Assembly (NCBI GenBank): GCA_963818475.1
Contig: CAWFSF010000005.1
Location: 512,001 to 576,000 of the forward strand
Reading direction: 5' to 3'
DNA from: Nitrospirota bacterium
Lineage (GTDB): Bacteria > Nitrospirota > UBA9217
Length of the DNA stretch: 64,000 nucleotides
The notes beneath the pieces are model-generated. The model worked only from the letters and a program-made list of their open reading frames with translations, was not told where the DNA came from and did no database searches. Shown piece after piece: positions 1 through 10,361 of the stretch. Each line of letters starts with the position of its first letter. The stretch's first letter is position 1. The position numbers and the translations under genes were made by a program.

Positions 1-1587
1 GATGACGATATCTCTCCTCCGGATGTGGCTGATAAGTGCAAAAAGAGCGATGCGAAAGCGATAAAAAGTGGCGGACCTGCCTGTTCCGAAGAGTGCTATA
101 CCGATAAAAACGGCGAAGTGAGATTTCTTGATGTTGTCAAAGCCCCTATCCATGATGCCAAAGGAGACCTTAAGGGGCTGGTTGTGGTCAGCCACGACAT
201 TACCGACCGGAGGCGTACGAATGACGCTTTGCGCGAGAGCGAAAGGCGTTATCGTATCCTGTTCGATCAGTCCCCTGACGGCATACTGCTCATAGACGCC
301 GCGGGAAAGATCCTTGAATTCAATGAGACGGCCCATCGCCAGCTGGGATACTCACGCGAGGAGTTTGCAAGACTACGCGTTTCCGACATCAATCCTATTG
401 AGAGCCCCGGAGAAATACGGGACAGAATCAGGAAAATCCACGAGACGGGCCAGGCCAGGTTCGATGTCAAGCACAGGACAAAGCAGGGAGAGCTCCGGGA
501 TGTTTATATTATCACGCAAGCCATGATTTTGTCGGACAGGCCGGTTGTGTATGCGATATGGCATGACATCACAGATCGCAAGCTGGCGGAGAAGACCCTG
601 CGCGAGACAAATAAAAGCCTGAGCGCGTTGATCCGATATTCTCCCTTGGCGATTATCAGTATCGGTATTGACGGCCGGGTCTTGATCTGGAATCCGGCGG
701 CGGAGCGGATATTTGGCTGGACCGAGGGCGAGGTGCTGGGCAGGGAAAATCCGATTGTCCCCGAAGACAGAAGGGACGAGTATTTCAGGCTCACGGAAGA
801 CGTTGTCAGCGACCATCCCTATCTGTCCCGGGAAATAACCCGCAGAAAGAAGGACGGGACATTAATTCAGCTTAATGCCGCATCGGCAGCCATCCAGGAT
901 GACAACGGTAACGCGATAGCGTTGTTCGGAATATTTGAAGATATTTCTGAGCGTAAACATGCGGAGGAGCTTATCCGTCGTGCACTCCAGGAAAAGGAAG
1001 TAATGCTCAAGGAGATACACCACCGGGTCAAGAACAACATGCAGGTGATCTACAGCCTGCTGAACCTTAAGGCAAAGAGCGCCACCGACAGCGCGGTCAG
1101 GGACATCCTTGAAGAAAGCCGGGACAGAGTGCACTCCATGTCACTGATCCACGAGACACTCTATCGCTCTGAGGACCTCGCCCATGTCGACTTCAAAACA
1201 TACTTGCTGCGCCTTATCCAGGGTATTTCCAGCACCTACAAGCGCCATGATGTCCAGGTGTTGGTGGATATGGAACCTGTTTCCCTTGATGTGAATACCG
1301 GCATCCCCTGCGGCCTGATCGCGAATGAGCTGGTCTCGAACAGCCTGAAATATGCCTTCCCTGAGGGAAGAAGCGGAACGATCAAGGTCGGCATCAGCAA
1401 CGATGTCATGGGGAACAAGGTCCTGAGCGTTGAGGATAACGGTATCGGCTTACCGGCTACGCTGGATTTCCGCAACACCGCTTCGCTTGGCCTTCAACTG
1501 GTCACGGTGCTGACCGGGCAGATCAACGGTACGATCGAGCTTACGAGAACAGAAGGCACCAGGTTCAGCATAACGATCCCGGGTTAG
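1..1587 (+). CDS. Multi-PAS sensor histidine kinase (HisKA_2/HWE type), 5' end truncated by the window
   Basis: Frame is open from base 1; three PAS/PAC repeats; KEIHHRVKNNMQ H-box; NELVSNSLKYAF N-box; DNGIG G-box. Confidence 0.9.
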   Translation, partial: DDDISPPDVADKCKKSDAKAIKSGGPACSEECYTDKNGEVRFLDVVKAPIHDAKGDLKGLVVVSHDITDRRRTNDALRESERRYRILFDQSPDGILLIDAAGKILEFNETAHRQLGYSREEFARLRVSDINPIESPGEIRDRIRKIHETGQARFDVKHRTKQGELRDVYIITQAMILSDRPVVYAIWHDITDRKLAEKTLRETNKSLSALIRYSPLAIISIGIDGRVLIWNPAAERIFGWTEGEVLGRENPIVPEDRRDEYFRLTEDVVSDHPYLSREITRRKKDGTLIQLNAASAAIQDDNGNAIALFGIFEDISERKHAEELIRRALQEKEVMLKEIHHRVKNNMQVIYSLLNLKAKSATDSAVRDILEESRDRVHSMSLIHETLYRSEDLAHVDFKTYLLRLIQGISSTYKRHDVQVLVDMEPVSLDVNTGIPCGLIANELVSNSLKYAFPEGRSGTIKVGISNDVMGNKVLSVEDNGIGLPATLDFRNTASLGLQLVTVLTGQINGTIELTRTEGTRFSITIPG

Positions 1588-1716
1588 TAATGACCAGGGG
1601 ATTGGGTCTCTCTCAGTTCCGGTGTGCCTAGCTGGGAATGAGCGTTTCGTGTAAATTGAGACGAATTGATTTTCAATTCGTAATTACGACGTGCCCCAAA
1701 GACAGAGGAGAACAGG

Positions 1717-3106
1717 ATGGTTAAGAAAAGAATTATGCTGGTCGAGGATGAGGCCGTGACCGCCATGGACCTCAAGTCCAACTTGATCCAGCTCGACTAC
1801 GAGGTCCCGGCGGTCGTGTCGAGCGGAGAGGAAGCGGTCCGCGTCGCAGCTGAAGTGCTTCCGGACCTGATCCTGATGGATATTACCCTTGCCGGCCCCA
1901 TGAACGGCATAGAGGCTGCTGATGAGATACGAAAGGCTCACGCCATCCCCGTTGTTTTTCTGACCGCCCATGCCGATGCCGAGACCATCGGACGCGCCAA
2001 GACCACCGAGCCCTTCGGCTATCTTCCCAAACCCTGCAGCATGGACACACTCATGAGCACGATCGAAGTGGCGCTGTTTAAAGGCGAGGCCGATGCCCAA
2101 CGCAGAAAGGCCGAAGCCAGGCTCAAGCGGGTGATGGAGGAACAGAAGATCATCCTTGACAACACAGGGGTCGGCGTTCTGTTCACAAAGGACAGGAAGA
2201 TCGTCTGGGCGAACAAGAGCATAGCACGCATGATCGGCTATTCCCTCAAAGAGGTCGTTGGTAAGGACACTGCCGATGTTCTACCCGGACAGGCAAAGTT
2301 ATGAGAAGGTCGGAAACGAAGGATATGCGGCGATCACCCAAGGAGAGGTCTACACCACCGAGATCCCGATGAAGAAAAAGGATGGGTCTCTCCTCTGGTG
2401 CCACCTCGTGGGGCAGGCGGTGAATCATGCTGCTCCCGAGGAAGGCTCGATATGGATACTGGAAGATGTGACTCAACGGAGAGAGCTGGAGGAGAGCCTG
2501 AAAAAAAGCGAAATAAAATACCGCACCGTGGCGAATTTCACCCATGACTGGGAATTCTGGATCGGACCGGACGAGCGCCTCCTCTACACCTCTCCCTCCT
2601 GCGAAAGTATAACCGGTCATCCCGCCGCGGCGTTTGAACAGGACATCACCCTGCTTCGCCGGATCATCCATTCCGAGGACCGTGCGGCGTACGATAACCA
2701 CCGCCATCGGGTAAAGGGAGAGGAAAAAGCCGAGGAGCTCGAGTTTCGTATTATCCGCCCCGATGGCACGCTGCGCTGGATCGCCCATGTCTGCCAGCCG
2801 GTCTATGACGACCAGGGGCGTTTCATCGGCAACCGGGGCAGCAACCGTGACATTACGATGCGCAAACTTGCAGACCGGGAACGGGAGCGGATGATCATCC
2901 AACTTCAAGAAGCGCTCGTAAAGGTCAAGACCTTAAGCGGCATGCTTCCGATCTGCGCATCCTGCAAAAAGATCCGCGATGACCAGGGGTACTGGAAGCA
3001 GATCGAGGCGTATATCAGCGACCATTCGGACGCAGAGTTCTCGCACGGCATCTGTCCGGACTGCGCGGAGAAGGTTTACGGAAAATATTACAAGAAGAAA
3101 TCGTGA
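1717..3106 (+). CDS. REC-PAS-PAS protein with C-terminal LPICxxCKKIR...SHGICPxC domain (one frameshift near 2260-2280)
   Basis: ORFs 1717..2304 (VEDE, DLILMDI, KP receiver motifs) and 2258..3106 join into one continuous PAS domain; SD GAGGAG upstream. Confidence 0.85.
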
Positions 3107-3197
3107 GGGGTGAGTTAGAGCGATCTCAGAAGAACAACGTCATACCGTGCGTATGCTTTCCGCTTGCCCTTCCCCGGTTCCGCGTAGTGGCCTGCCC

Positions 3198-4361
3198 CTA
3201 GATCGCGGCGGCAAGCGCCAGGCCGTGGCTGTGCTTCTTCAGCTTCAGGCGGACCATGCCGAGGTTCGCCTCCTTGTCCGCAACGATCACCAGGAACGCG
3301 TCCGCGCCGATCGGCGCAAGCAGGACCGGGCCGTTGTCGAACTCGATCATGCTGATCAGCATCGTCCCCTTGTCGATCTGCCTTCCCATGGAGTCCGAAG
3401 CGCCGAAGCCGCTCGATGCGATCGCGCCGATCATTTCCCGGTCAATGCCGCTGCGCGCAATGCTGTCGAGCAGAAATCCGTCGCGCGCAACCAGGCAGAC
3501 CGCTTCGATGTTCGGCATCTGTGCAAGCTCGCTCAGGATCTCCCGCGTCGTTGCCATGGCGTCCGCCTTCGTGCTCGCCGTTGATGCCTTGTTCGGCCCT
3601 CCCCGCGCATCCACACGCTGTTCGGGCGCCGGCTCCTGCACCGGCAGGTCCGCAGCCCGCTTTTTTTCCGCAGCAAATGCCGTCCCCGTCTCCGCAGCAC
3701 CTTGTTGCCTGCGTCCCTCGGCAAGAAGCTCCGTAAGCGTACCAGCCACGTTTTTCACGCTCTTTGCACAGTGCGAAGTGATATCGATCCTGGCGTGGGA
3801 CCACGCGGCCATATGGTAAACGGCGTCATTGCCCTGAAGCGGGCCGGTTTCGGCATCGATCAATTCTCCCTGTTTGAAATAGAACGCGCCTTGCCCCCCG
3901 CCGAATTCCACCGCAAGGGTACAGGTCCTTCCTTCCGAGGCGATGAGCTGCAAAAAATCGGGCAGCGTAAGTCCCTGTGCTCGGCCCGGCGCCGCCCATC
4001 TCAGTTCGCTGCTGATCGCGGAAGCCAGGTCCGCGAACTCAAAGGGTTTCTGAATGCAATGGCAAACGGAGAAGTTCTTTAATTTATGCTCGATATCCGG
4101 TGTGTTGAGGTGCGCGGTCATGATGATCGTCGGGAGCTCCGGATGATACTTGCTCATGTAGGCCAGAAGCTCGAAGCCGTCCATGACCGGCATCCTGATG
4201 TCGGTAACGACCAGATCAATCGGCATCGACTTGAGGATCACCGTCGCCTTGGCGCCGTTTTCCGCCGTAACGATCGTGAACTCGCCGGCAGGGTCGCTGA
4301 ACCCGTCGCGAAGACTTATCAGCAGATTTTTTTCATCGTCCACGATGAGAACTTGTTTCAT
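3198..4361 (-). CDS. REC-DUF4388-Roadblock/LC7 (MglB-like) fusion protein
   Basis: IVDDE/DLVVTDIRMP receiver; LPDFLQLIASEGRTCTL..YFKQGELIDA DUF4388-like domain; C-terminal AVCLVARDGFLL Roadblock domain. Confidence 0.85.
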   Translation of the reverse strand: MKQVLIVDDEKNLLISLRDGFSDPAGEFTIVTAENGAKATVILKSMPIDLVVTDIRMPVMDGFELLAYMSKYHPELPTIIMTAHLNTPDIEHKLKNFSVCHCIQKPFEFADLASAISSELRWAAPGRAQGLTLPDFLQLIASEGRTCTLAVEFGGGQGAFYFKQGELIDAETGPLQGNDAVYHMAAWSHARIDITSHCAKSVKNVAGTLTELLAEGRRQQGAAETGTAFAAEKKRAADLPVQEPAPEQRVDARGGPNKASTASTKADAMATTREILSELAQMPNIEAVCLVARDGFLLDSIARSGIDREMIGAIASSGFGASDSMGRQIDKGTMLISMIEFDNGPVLLAPIGADAFLVIVADKEANLGMVRLKLKKHSHGLALAAAI

Positions 4362-4467
4362 GATCCCTCACGCAAGAGCTTCGATTTAAAAAACAAGGTC
4401 TTTCCATGGCAGTTCCGGGGCACGGTGAGATCAAAAACGCTTGTCTTTTCTGAGCGCCTTCATCGCA

Positions 4468-5085
4468 CTATGCCAGAATTTTCAGGGCATAACAGCACAT
4501 GTGGTTGTCGAGGACCTTGTCAACCACTTCTTTGGATACGCCGGTCTCCGTCATCCATTTTTCCGCAAATCCCTTTTTGCCTCCCCCGGACTTGCACCCG
4601 AGCTGGATAACATTGATCTTCTTGCCGCCGATCCTGATCTTTTCAGCGATGGCGCTCCGCATGGGCTGATGCACGGAGCAGAAAGGGCTCACCCCGGCCC
4701 CTTCGCCGACCCGGTACTGATCGGTAATGTTGCTCGGCTTGTTGAATTCCGCGGTGAAGTCGGCAAACCCGTCCGGCATTTTTTCAAATACTTTCGTATA
4801 GTTCTTGATGGACGGCCCGAAGGGGCAGAGTTTCAGGCCGAAAATAAAGTTCCCTTCATGGGTCGCCTTCCCTTCGATGATCGTGATCGGGTTGGTCGCG
4901 CTCTCGATCGCGGCAACGTAGGCGTCAAAGTTCGGATAATCGATCTCGGCGATCCGTTCAGCGGTCTTGATGGCGTTCCTGATCAGCGTTCCCTTTGCGC
5001 TTGCCGCCCCGCTCAAGGTGATCATGACCTTGATCATATCGAGAAAACTGACGTGTGCTATGTCGAGGATATTTTCTTCACTCAT
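4468..5085 (-). CDS. Uncharacterised protein, possibly V4R/MetOD-like ligand- or metal-binding fold
   Basis: 205 aa ORF with SD, between two Roadblock fusions; CPF...FCxVH...C...CC residue pattern resembles V4R-clan domains (inference). Confidence 0.6.
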   Translation of the reverse strand: MSEENILDIAHVSFLDMIKVMITLSGAASAKGTLIRNAIKTAERIAEIDYPNFDAYVAAIESATNPITIIEGKATHEGNFIFGLKLCPFGPSIKNYTKVFEKMPDGFADFTAEFNKPSNITDQYRVGEGAGVSPFCSVHQPMRSAIAEKIRIGGKKINVIQLGCKSGGGKKGFAEKWMTETGVSKEVVDKVLDNHMCCYALKILA

Positions 5086-5106
5086 AATTCCTGTCCCCCT
5101 ATCGTG

Positions 5107-6300
5107 TTATATCGCCGCGGCGAGCGCGAGCTCATGGCTGTGTTTTTTCAGTTTCAGGCGGATCATGCCGAGGTTCGCTTCCTTGTCGGCAACGATCACC
5201 AGGAACGCGTCCTCGCCGATCGGCGCAAGCAGCACCGGCCCTTTTTCGAACTCGATCATGCTGATCAGCATCGTCCCCTTGTCGAGCTGCCTCCCCATGG
5301 AGTCCGAGGCGCCGAAGCCGCTCGATGCGATCGCGCCGATCATTTCCCGGTCAATGCCGCTGCGCGCAATGCTGTCGAGCAGAAATCCGTCGCGCGCAAC
5401 CAGGCAGACCGCTTCGATGTTATCCAGTTTTGAAAGCTCGCTCAATATCTCCCGTGTCGTTGCCATTTTCCTCTCCTTCGTAGTCGTTCCGGATACCGGC
5501 TGATGTTCGCCGCGCGCTGCCCCAGGCGTCTCCTGCGGCAGCGTGCCGCGTGTTTTTGAACCATTCCCGCCTTCTTTCGTCTGGACCGGGACTGCGGGCG
5601 GGTCTCCCGGAGCCAACCGCTTCTCATCCTGCAGGCGGTACGCTTCCAGAAGGATAAAGCTCAGGGAACTGGTGATGTTCCTGTCTTTTTGTTTGCAGAA
5701 GCTGTCGATCTCGATGGAGGGATCGCTCCAGCATGCCATATCGAGGGCGGCCGCCTCATGCAGGGCAACGCCGTTGTCGGCATCGATAAGGACGCCTTCC
5801 AGGAAATACAGGAATCCCTTCTTCCCCTGCGATGCGATGCTGAGGGTGCAGGTCTTCCGCTCCATCTCCACAAGCTGAAGAAATGCGGGCAGGGTTATCC
5901 CGTGGATGTAGCCCTTCGAAACCGCATGCAGCTCGGCAAAGATATGATCAACAAAGTCCTGAAAGTCTATGGGCTTTTCCAGGATCTCGAAGGCCCCGAG
6001 GCTGTTCACCCGCGCCTTGATCTCGGGCGTGCAGTAGGCGCTCATGACCATGACCGGTAAATGCGGGTGGCTCTTGCTCATGGAAGCAAGAAGGCCGAAC
6101 CCGTCTAATTCCGGCATCTTCAGGTCCGTCACCACCAGGTCGACGCTGCGCGTCTGAAGCGTCTCGACAGCCACCTTGCCGTTCGGGGCGGTTATCGCTT
6201 CAAAATCCGCGGCATAGGCTTCGAGCCCCTGCAGCAGGCTCAGGAGGAATGATTTTTCGTCATCAACGATCAGAACCGTTTTCAGCTTCTTTTTTTCCAT
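5107..6300 (-). CDS. REC-DUF4388-Roadblock/LC7 fusion protein (paralog)
   Basis: Same architecture as 3198..4361; start placed at ATG 6300 because the sigma54 promoter lies at 6316-6331. Confidence 0.85.
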   Translation of the reverse strand: MEKKKLKTVLIVDDEKSFLLSLLQGLEAYAADFEAITAPNGKVAVETLQTRSVDLVVTDLKMPELDGFGLLASMSKSHPHLPVMVMSAYCTPEIKARVNSLGAFEILEKPIDFQDFVDHIFAELHAVSKGYIHGITLPAFLQLVEMERKTCTLSIASQGKKGFLYFLEGVLIDADNGVALHEAAALDMACWSDPSIEIDSFCKQKDRNITSSLSFILLEAYRLQDEKRLAPGDPPAVPVQTKEGGNGSKTRGTLPQETPGAARGEHQPVSGTTTKERKMATTREILSELSKLDNIEAVCLVARDGFLLDSIARSGIDREMIGAIASSGFGASDSMGRQLDKGTMLISMIEFEKGPVLLAPIGEDAFLVIVADKEANLGMIRLKLKKHSHELALAAAI

Positions 6301-6315
6301 AACATCGTTATTATT

Positions 6316-6331
6316 TGCAATGGACATGCCA
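6316..6331 (-). promoter_or_regulatory. sigma54 (-24/-12) promoter
   Basis: TGGCATGTCCATTGCA on the minus strand: GG-N10-GC, close to the TGGCAC-N5-TTGCW consensus. Confidence 0.8.
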
Positions 6332-6552
6332 GCGGAAAACGGTGACGATTCCATCAAGAGCGGATCATGGCAGATTCTGATATTTCAATAAGATGCGAAC
6401 ATACGGCTTTTTTTTCAGATCAGATACCGTGAGCGGTCAGCTATGCCACTTTGAAATACGTCAAATTGCTATAGCAGGTTGGACGGGAGGACAGCAACAC
6501 GAACATCCAGGCATTACAGGCCAGGTTCTCAGGAGCGCTCCCTGCTAGACCC

Positions 6553-6597
6553 TTGACAATGAGTGTAACATATGCTACATTGTAATCAGGAGTTACA
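6553..6597 (+). promoter_or_regulatory. sigma70 promoter overlapped by two palindromic operators (probable ChrB sites)
   Basis: TTGACA(6553)-17-TACATT(6576) with extended TG; TGTAACATATGCTACA (6564-6579) and TGTAATCAGGAGTTACA (6581-6597). Confidence 0.75.
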
Positions 6598-6618
6598 AGT
6601 TTCCCAAGCAGGAGGTGC

Positions 6619-6846
6619 ATGATGAGAAAGTTCTTGCAGAAGCTCGAAGAGACCTTTGCCGATGCCGCCCTTCTTGAAATGGGCGTCAACCTGGACCGTG
6701 CCGCTGTTGCGGTGAAACACTGTTGGAAAGAACGGCTGGAAGAGAATTTTATCGAGATCGCCTTTGCCGAAGCCGCGGACTACGACGATATCCACAAAGC
6801 CATCTTGAGGGAGCATGGCGGCAACGACGTCTGCTTCGCCCATTGA
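6619..6846 (+). CDS. Small hypothetical protein with an internal repeat
   Basis: SD AGGAGG; repeats KLEETFADAALLE and RLEENFIEIAFAE. Confidence 0.7.
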   Translation: MMRKFLQKLEETFADAALLEMGVNLDRAAVAVKHCWKERLEENFIEIAFAEAADYDDIHKAILREHGGNDVCFAH

Positions 6847-6875
6847 CCGATGGTGGAGATCCCTAAAGCGAGGTA

Positions 6876-7859
6876 ATGATGGCAAATGAAGCAAAGCAGG
6901 AATGGCTCCTGATCTTCTATAGTGTGCCCTCCCACCCGGTGAGCAGCCGCATGAAGATCTGGAGAAAGCTCGTACGGTCGGGAGCGGTGCAGCTCAAAGG
7001 AGCGGTGTACATTATTCCCGCTTCCGAGGAGCACCAGGAATTATTTCAATGGCTCGTCGGCGAGGTCCGGTCGCTGGGTGGAGACGGCGCCTTCGTCAGA
7101 AGCAGCTCGATCGAGACCATGAGCGATACTGAGGTTCGCGAGCTTTTTATCCGTCAGATCGGCGAGGAATACCGGGGCCTGGACAAAGCAGTTGCTGCGC
7201 TTGAGCAGAAGGTCCAAAGCATCCGGAAAGGTACGAAGCTCCAGGACAGGCCACTGTTGATCGGCCAGCTTGCCAAAGCAGTCAAGGATTTTGAAGATAT
7301 TCGGAAACGGGATTTCTTTTCCTCGACAGCCGGTGATGCCTTCAACAAACGGCTGCAGCAGCTCCAGTCTGGCCTCAAGGGCCTGGACAAGGCCGTCCCC
7401 GGAGAGGAAGCAACGATATCGCCGAAGCGCGCAGAAAAATACCAGAAGCGGACTTGGATCACGCGGAAAAAACCCTTTGTGGACCGCATGGCCTCTGCGT
7501 GGCTCATTAAACGGTTCATTGATCCCAAGGCGACATTCAAATTCATCGAAGAGCGGGAACTGAACGCCAGCGACCCTGCTGCCACGACCTTCGACCTGCG
7601 AAACGGCGAATTCACCCATCGGGGCGATCTCTGCACCTTCGAAGTGCTGGTAAAGACCTTCGGCATCAGGGACAAAGCGGTAAAACAGATCGCCGAGATC
7701 GTTCATGACCTGGATGTCAAGGACGAGATGTATAACCTTGCCGGGACCGCCGGGGTAGAGGAAATACTGAACGGGATCCGCAAGACCGGCAAGAATGATA
7801 ACGACACGCTGGAACGAGGCATGGCCGTATTCGAGATGCTGTACCAATCAAAAACATAG
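6876..7859 (+). CDS. chrB: Chromate-resistance regulator ChrB (N- and C-terminal domains)
   Basis: WLLIFYSVP..SSRMKIWRKL..GAVQLKGAVY N-domain; WITRKKPFVDRMASAWLIKRFIDP and FTHRGDLCTFE C-domain. Confidence 0.9.
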   Translation: MMANEAKQEWLLIFYSVPSHPVSSRMKIWRKLVRSGAVQLKGAVYIIPASEEHQELFQWLVGEVRSLGGDGAFVRSSSIETMSDTEVRELFIRQIGEEYRGLDKAVAALEQKVQSIRKGTKLQDRPLLIGQLAKAVKDFEDIRKRDFFSSTAGDAFNKRLQQLQSGLKGLDKAVPGEEATISPKRAEKYQKRTWITRKKPFVDRMASAWLIKRFIDPKATFKFIEERELNASDPAATTFDLRNGEFTHRGDLCTFEVLVKTFGIRDKAVKQIAEIVHDLDVKDEMYNLAGTAGVEEILNGIRKTGKNDNDTLERGMAVFEMLYQSKT

Positions 7860-7924
7860 CGGGGTTTCCTGCCTGCCTCTGTGCAGTGGTGAAATCCGAT
7901 GTCCAGATCAGGAGGTAATGTGCC

Positions 7925-8391
7925 ATGAAATGGATAACCAGAGAGAATGTCAAAGTAGACCGTGTTGCCTGCCCCTGGCTCATCAGGAAGTTCGTGGACA
8001 AGAAGGCGGAATTTCTGTTCGTACCCGCAGAGAACGTGCAGGCCGAGGCCGCACGCACAGGGGCGATCCCCTATGATGTCTCCGAACGCGGAGCTGGGCC
8101 ATCACGGCAAGGAGTGTTCCTTTGACGCTATCGTGAAGAAATACGGCCTCGCCAAAGACCCTGCACTCGTGCTGCTCGCCAGGATCGTGAACGGTGCGGA
8201 CACGGACAACAGCCTCCACCATCAGCCGGAAGGCCCGGGGCTCGAACGCGGTCGCAGAAGGGTTCCGCCATCTGGGACTCAAGGACGACCACGCGATCAA
8301 TGCGGCGGAATGGATCGTGTATGATGCACTTTATGCATACTGTGAGGCGATGATAGAAAAAGAAAGGCCCCATGGCGCATTCGCGGCGTAA
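7925..8391 (+). CDS. ChrB C-terminal-domain protein (ChrF-like), two frameshifts
   Basis: MKWITRENVKVDRVACPWLIRKFVD, HHGKECSFDAI, LARIVNGADT and YDALYAYC are spread over three frames. Confidence 0.85.
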
Positions 8392-9585
8392 CGTCATCCT
8401 GCTTTTTGCCGCACGGAGCATACGGCTCTTCGCCTACGGTGCGCTGTCGGTCGTGCTCGCCCTCTATCTGCATGAAGCAGGCCTTTCGAGCGCGGACATC
8501 GGGCTTCTGTTCACGCTCACCCTGGCCGGCGATGCGGGGATAACGCTCTGGATCACGACCACTGCTGACCGGTTCGGCAGAAAGAAGATGCTCCTGCTGG
8601 GCGCCGGGCTCATGGTCATGGCCGGCGTCGTGTTCAGCCTGACCGGAAATATCGTTCTTCTGATGATCGCGGGCATCATCGGCGTCATCAGCCCGAGCGG
8701 GAACGAGATCGGACCTTTTCTTTCACTGGAGCAGGCAGCACTTTCGCAAATGCTCTCCGCAGAACAGCGGACCCGTGCCTTTGGCTGGTACAACCTTGCC
8801 GGATCTCTTGCAGCGGCAGCAGGCGCGCTTGCAGGAGGTTTTCTTTCACAATCACTGATAAATTCCGGTCTGTCTGAACTCGAATCCTATCGCGCCGTCA
8901 TCCTCGGTTATGCAGCATGCGGGATCGTCCTCATGACCGTTTTCTCTGTTCCTTTCGCCGGCAGTGGAAGCAGCGGCAGCAACGGTGACAGCAAGGGAGC
9001 GGGTGCTCGGGCTCCACAAGTCAAAGAGAGTAGTGCTGAAACTCTCTGCGCTCTTTGCCCTCGACGCCTTTGCAGGCGGGTTCGTGATCCAGAGCATGGT
9101 GGCCTACTGGTTCCATATCAAATTCGGTCTTGATGCCGGCGTCCTGGGCAGCATCTTCTTCGGCGCGAACATCTTGGCAGGCGTGTCCGCCCTGCTCGCC
9201 GTACGGATCGCGAACCGGATCGGGTTGATCAGCACCATGGTGTACACGCACATCCCGTCGAATGTGCTGCTCTGCCTTGTTCCGCTCATGCCGAACCTCG
9301 GCCTTGCCATTACGGTGCTCTTGCTCCGCTTCAGCATCTCGCAGATGGACGTTCCCACGCGCCAGTCCTACACCATGGCAGTCGTTGATCCCGACGAACG
9401 GTCTGCGGCATCAGGTGTCACGACCATCGCCCGTTCGATAGGAGCGGCCGCATCGCCATTCCTGGCCGGGGTCTTTCTGGCTTCCCCGGTTCTCCTGAGC
9501 TGCGCCGTTTCTTGTTGCCGGCGGCCTCAAGATCGTCTATGACCTGCTGCTGTACCGGAATTTTAAGAAAGCGGATGTGCGGTGA
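8372..9585 (+). CDS. MFS transporter (frameshifts near 8950 and 9500)
   Basis: ADRFGRKK motif A; multiple TM helices; ends LKIVYDLLLYRNF. Confidence 0.85.
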
Positions 9586-9606
9586 TGCGGAATTCCTGAT
9601 CGCGTT

Positions 9607-10190
9607 CTAACGGAAGATAATTTGAAGCAGCAGATGCGTGGGCAGATAAACAAGAAGGGAAAATCCGATCATCAGCAGGAACAGATACACAAGCGCCGGC
9701 AACCGCTTCTGCGGCTCTGTGCCCGGGCCATGCACCCAGTTGATGTTCTGTGCGGGGTCCGTAAGCAGGTAGGTCAGGGGAAGAACGATCGCAGGCAAGG
9801 ATCGTCTGCGCGAGCCAGGCTTGCTTTGCATACCCGAGCCTGGCGATCATCCAGAGCAAGCAGCACGGGCAGGAACACATGGAACAGGGAGAGCGCCCTG
9901 AGGTAGAGCGGTTTTTGCGCATCGAACATATAGTCCGTCAGCCCGGCAAGCCGCCTGCCGGTCGCCAGACGGCCAAAGTAGGTCACATTCCAGAACAGTT
10001 CGGGCAGCAGGACCCCGACCGCCATCATGCTGGCGATCAGGCTGCTCTCGAACCACAGCGCAGGCACGGCGGCGAAGAGAGCGATATCCGAGAACCAGAG
10101 AAAGTTCCCAAGGCCGTACCTGACCGTATAGACCGCGGCGGTGAGAATGACGAAGAGTGTGTAGGATATTTTGAGCCAGAGAGGGATCAT
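9607..10190 (-). CDS. Integral membrane protein (frameshifted near 9830-9860)
   Basis: NFLWFSDIAL, LSLFHV and NINWVHGP motifs across ORFs 9774..10190 and 9607..9831. Confidence 0.7.
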
Positions 10191-10230
10191 GGTCTTTGGT
10201 GGTTCCTGCTTAAAGAATCTCTAAGAAGAA

Positions 10231-10345
10231 CCTTCGACACGGAAGAATCGGATTAACGACGGATAGGGGCGGATACGTCAACAAAGAGAAGAACAAGGTG
10301 AAAAACCAAAGATTCTCTCCGTGTCTCCGTGCCTCCGTGGTAAAT
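10231..10345. repeat. Chimeric phased-repeat palindromic element
   Basis: Left arm gacacggaagaatcggattaacgacggataggggcggat (10-mer family); right arm ctccgtgtctccgtgcctccgtggt (8-mer family). Confidence 0.7.
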
Positions 10346-10361
10346 ATGCCTTGTGACATCA

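Larger units (their letters stand above)
3198..5466. repeat. Near-identical ~360-bp duplication of the Roadblock coding segment (3198-3557 and 5107-5466)
   Basis: Includes an identical run of about 100 bp (gcgccgaagccgctcgatgcg...cgcttcgatgtt), while the REC/DUF4388 parts are strongly diverged. Confidence 0.9.
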
